From the NCBI GenBank assembly GCA_031396105.1, contig JANNKC010000234.1, positions 2,423 to 66,422 of the forward strand: DNA of 64,000 nucleotides, given 5' to 3'. Shown here in pieces: positions 63,173 through 64,000 of the stretch. Position numbers and translations under genes: made by a program. The notes under the pieces are model-generated. The model made no database searches. It worked only from the letters and a program-made list of their open reading frames with translations, and had not been told where the DNA came from. The DNA comes from Anaeromyxobacter sp. (GTDB taxonomy: Bacteria > Myxococcota > Myxococcia > Myxococcales > Anaeromyxobacteraceae). Position 1 is the stretch's first letter. The number at the start of each line of letters is the position of its first letter.

Positions 63173-64000
63173 GTGATCATCCGTTGCGAGCGCTGCTCGA
63201 CGATCTATGAGCTCGACGAGGCGCTCCTCGCACCGGAAGGCTCTCCGGTCCAGTGCACCCGCTGCAAGGCCATCTTCAGCGCCCGGCCGCCGCGCCCGGC
63301 CGCCCACGCCCACGCCCAGGCGCCCGCGCCCGGCGGCGTGTCAGCCGAGCCGACCGCGGTCGAGTTCGCCGACCAGGGGCCGCTCCCGCTCCCACCGTCC
63401 CAGCCGCCTTCCGCCGCGTTGGCCGAACCACCGCCGGCGGCGGCGCCAGCACAGCCACCCCAGGTCGCGGCGCCGGTCGCGCCACCACCGCCGCCGCCTC
63501 GCGGCGCCCGGCCCGGTCCCGCCATCTACCGCCGCCCGCCGCCCGCCGTCCATTCGCCCGCGACCGCCCAGGCCGGGGCCCGGTCCGCCTCCGGGCGCCG
63601 CGGCACCGTGGGGGCCTTCGAGGCGCGCTTCCAGCGGTCCACGCTCTGGCGGCGGCTGCTCGTCCCGGCCGCGGCGCTCCTGCTGGTCGCGCTCGTGGCG
63701 GGCGGCACCGCGCTCTGGCGCCGCCGCCCCGACCCCGAGGTGCTGCGGCTCGCCGCCGAGGCCGCGGCCCGCCTGACGCAGGACGACACCGGCAGCCTGA
63801 CGCGCGCCGTCCAGCTCTACGACACCATCCTGGCGCGGGCACCCTCCCGGCTCGACGCCGCGGCCGACCGGGCGCTGGCGCGCCTCCTCCTGGCGGCCGG
63901 CCAGCTGGAGGAGGCCGAGCCCTTCGCCGAGCAGCTGGCGCGGCGGGCCGCCGAGCGCGAGCGGCTGATGGGCGGGCCGCCCGCCGGCGTGGAGGACGTC
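63173..64000 (+). CDS. MJ0042-type zinc-ribbon / TM / TPR-like protein (3' end outside window)
   Basis: Open frame from the GTG at 63173 (alternative ATG at 63158) to the window end, with no stop. It is not in the track because it is unterminated. Starts VIIRCERCSTIYELDEALLAPEGSPVQCTRCKAIF, followed by a Pro-rich linker, a TM helix (LLVPAAALLLVALVAGGTAL) and then TPR-like helices. Confidence 0.7.
   Translation, partial: MIIRCERCSTIYELDEALLAPEGSPVQCTRCKAIFSARPPRPAAHAHAQAPAPGGVSAEPTAVEFADQGPLPLPPSQPPSAALAEPPPAAAPAQPPQVAAPVAPPPPPPRGARPGPAIYRRPPPAVHSPATAQAGARSASGRRGTVGAFEARFQRSTLWRRLLVPAAALLLVALVAGGTALWRRRPDPEVLRLAAEAAARLTQDDTGSLTRAVQLYDTILARAPSRLDAAADRALARLLLAAGQLEEAEPFAEQLARRAAERERLMGGPPAGVEDV

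Overview
High-GC (about 70-75% by eye) bacterial chromosome segment. Protein sequences and gene order look like Myxococcota, Anaeromyxobacter-like (inference). Almost all of it is densely packed core genome.

Gene content in order:
- the end of the alpha ribosomal operon (rpsD', rpoA, rplQ), then rpsP-KH-rimM-trmD-rplS
- a pseudo-SMC gene coupled to yraN, then rsmI
- an outer-membrane barrel gene with an NtrC-type regulator and histidine kinase pair
- a soluble lytic transglycosylase
- a carbamoyltransferase / SxtJ-like / SxtK-like trio
- an HNH - ParA/MinD - J-like/HTH - microprotein cluster
- rluD, pfk, a lipoprotein/methyltransferase ORF, an MsbA-like exporter, speA, dodecin, acuI and tRNA-Sec
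- a scramblase plus cN-II nucleotidase pair
- an M16 peptidase pair, rluA-like, mlaEFD plus a redoxin, a 2-hydroxyacid dehydrogenase, a PHP tyrosine phosphatase plus a UPF0104 membrane protein, and tRNA-Met
- a split B12 acyl-CoA mutase with an interposed methyltransferase
- moaA and an RR-HD-GYP gene
- a lipA-bkdA1-bkdA2-bkdB ... lpdA-lipB(Nudix) module interrupted by an antisense HNH(DUF222-like)+NmrA insert
- hutH, aspartate kinase, a comEA-like gene and an MJ0042 zinc-ribbon/TPR gene

No rRNA, CRISPR array, transposase or integrase was seen. Many very long ORFs in the six-frame track are GC-driven shadow ORFs and were rejected.

I did not find one obvious novel system. The observations most worth follow-up are:
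1. A roughly 50-nt in-frame cassette (peptide VAAHPERRA..GPESRE) shared by an unrelated lipoprotein gene and the BCKDH E2 linker 29 kb away on opposite strands.
2. A membrane-anchored, Walker-A-dead SMC-like protein translationally coupled to the YraN nuclease.
3. The HNH - ParA/MinD - HPD-less J-domain/RodZ-type HTH - leaderless microprotein cluster.
4. The carbamoyltransferase fused in frame to an SxtJ-like segment, with an SxtK-like microprotein.
5. A 33-bp perfect copy of the HNH catalytic-core coding sequence just downstream of the HNH gene that splits the bkd operon.
6. A LipB-NudB-like fusion.
7. Two eukaryote-type genes (scramblase, cN-II nucleotidase) adjacent to tRNA-Sec.
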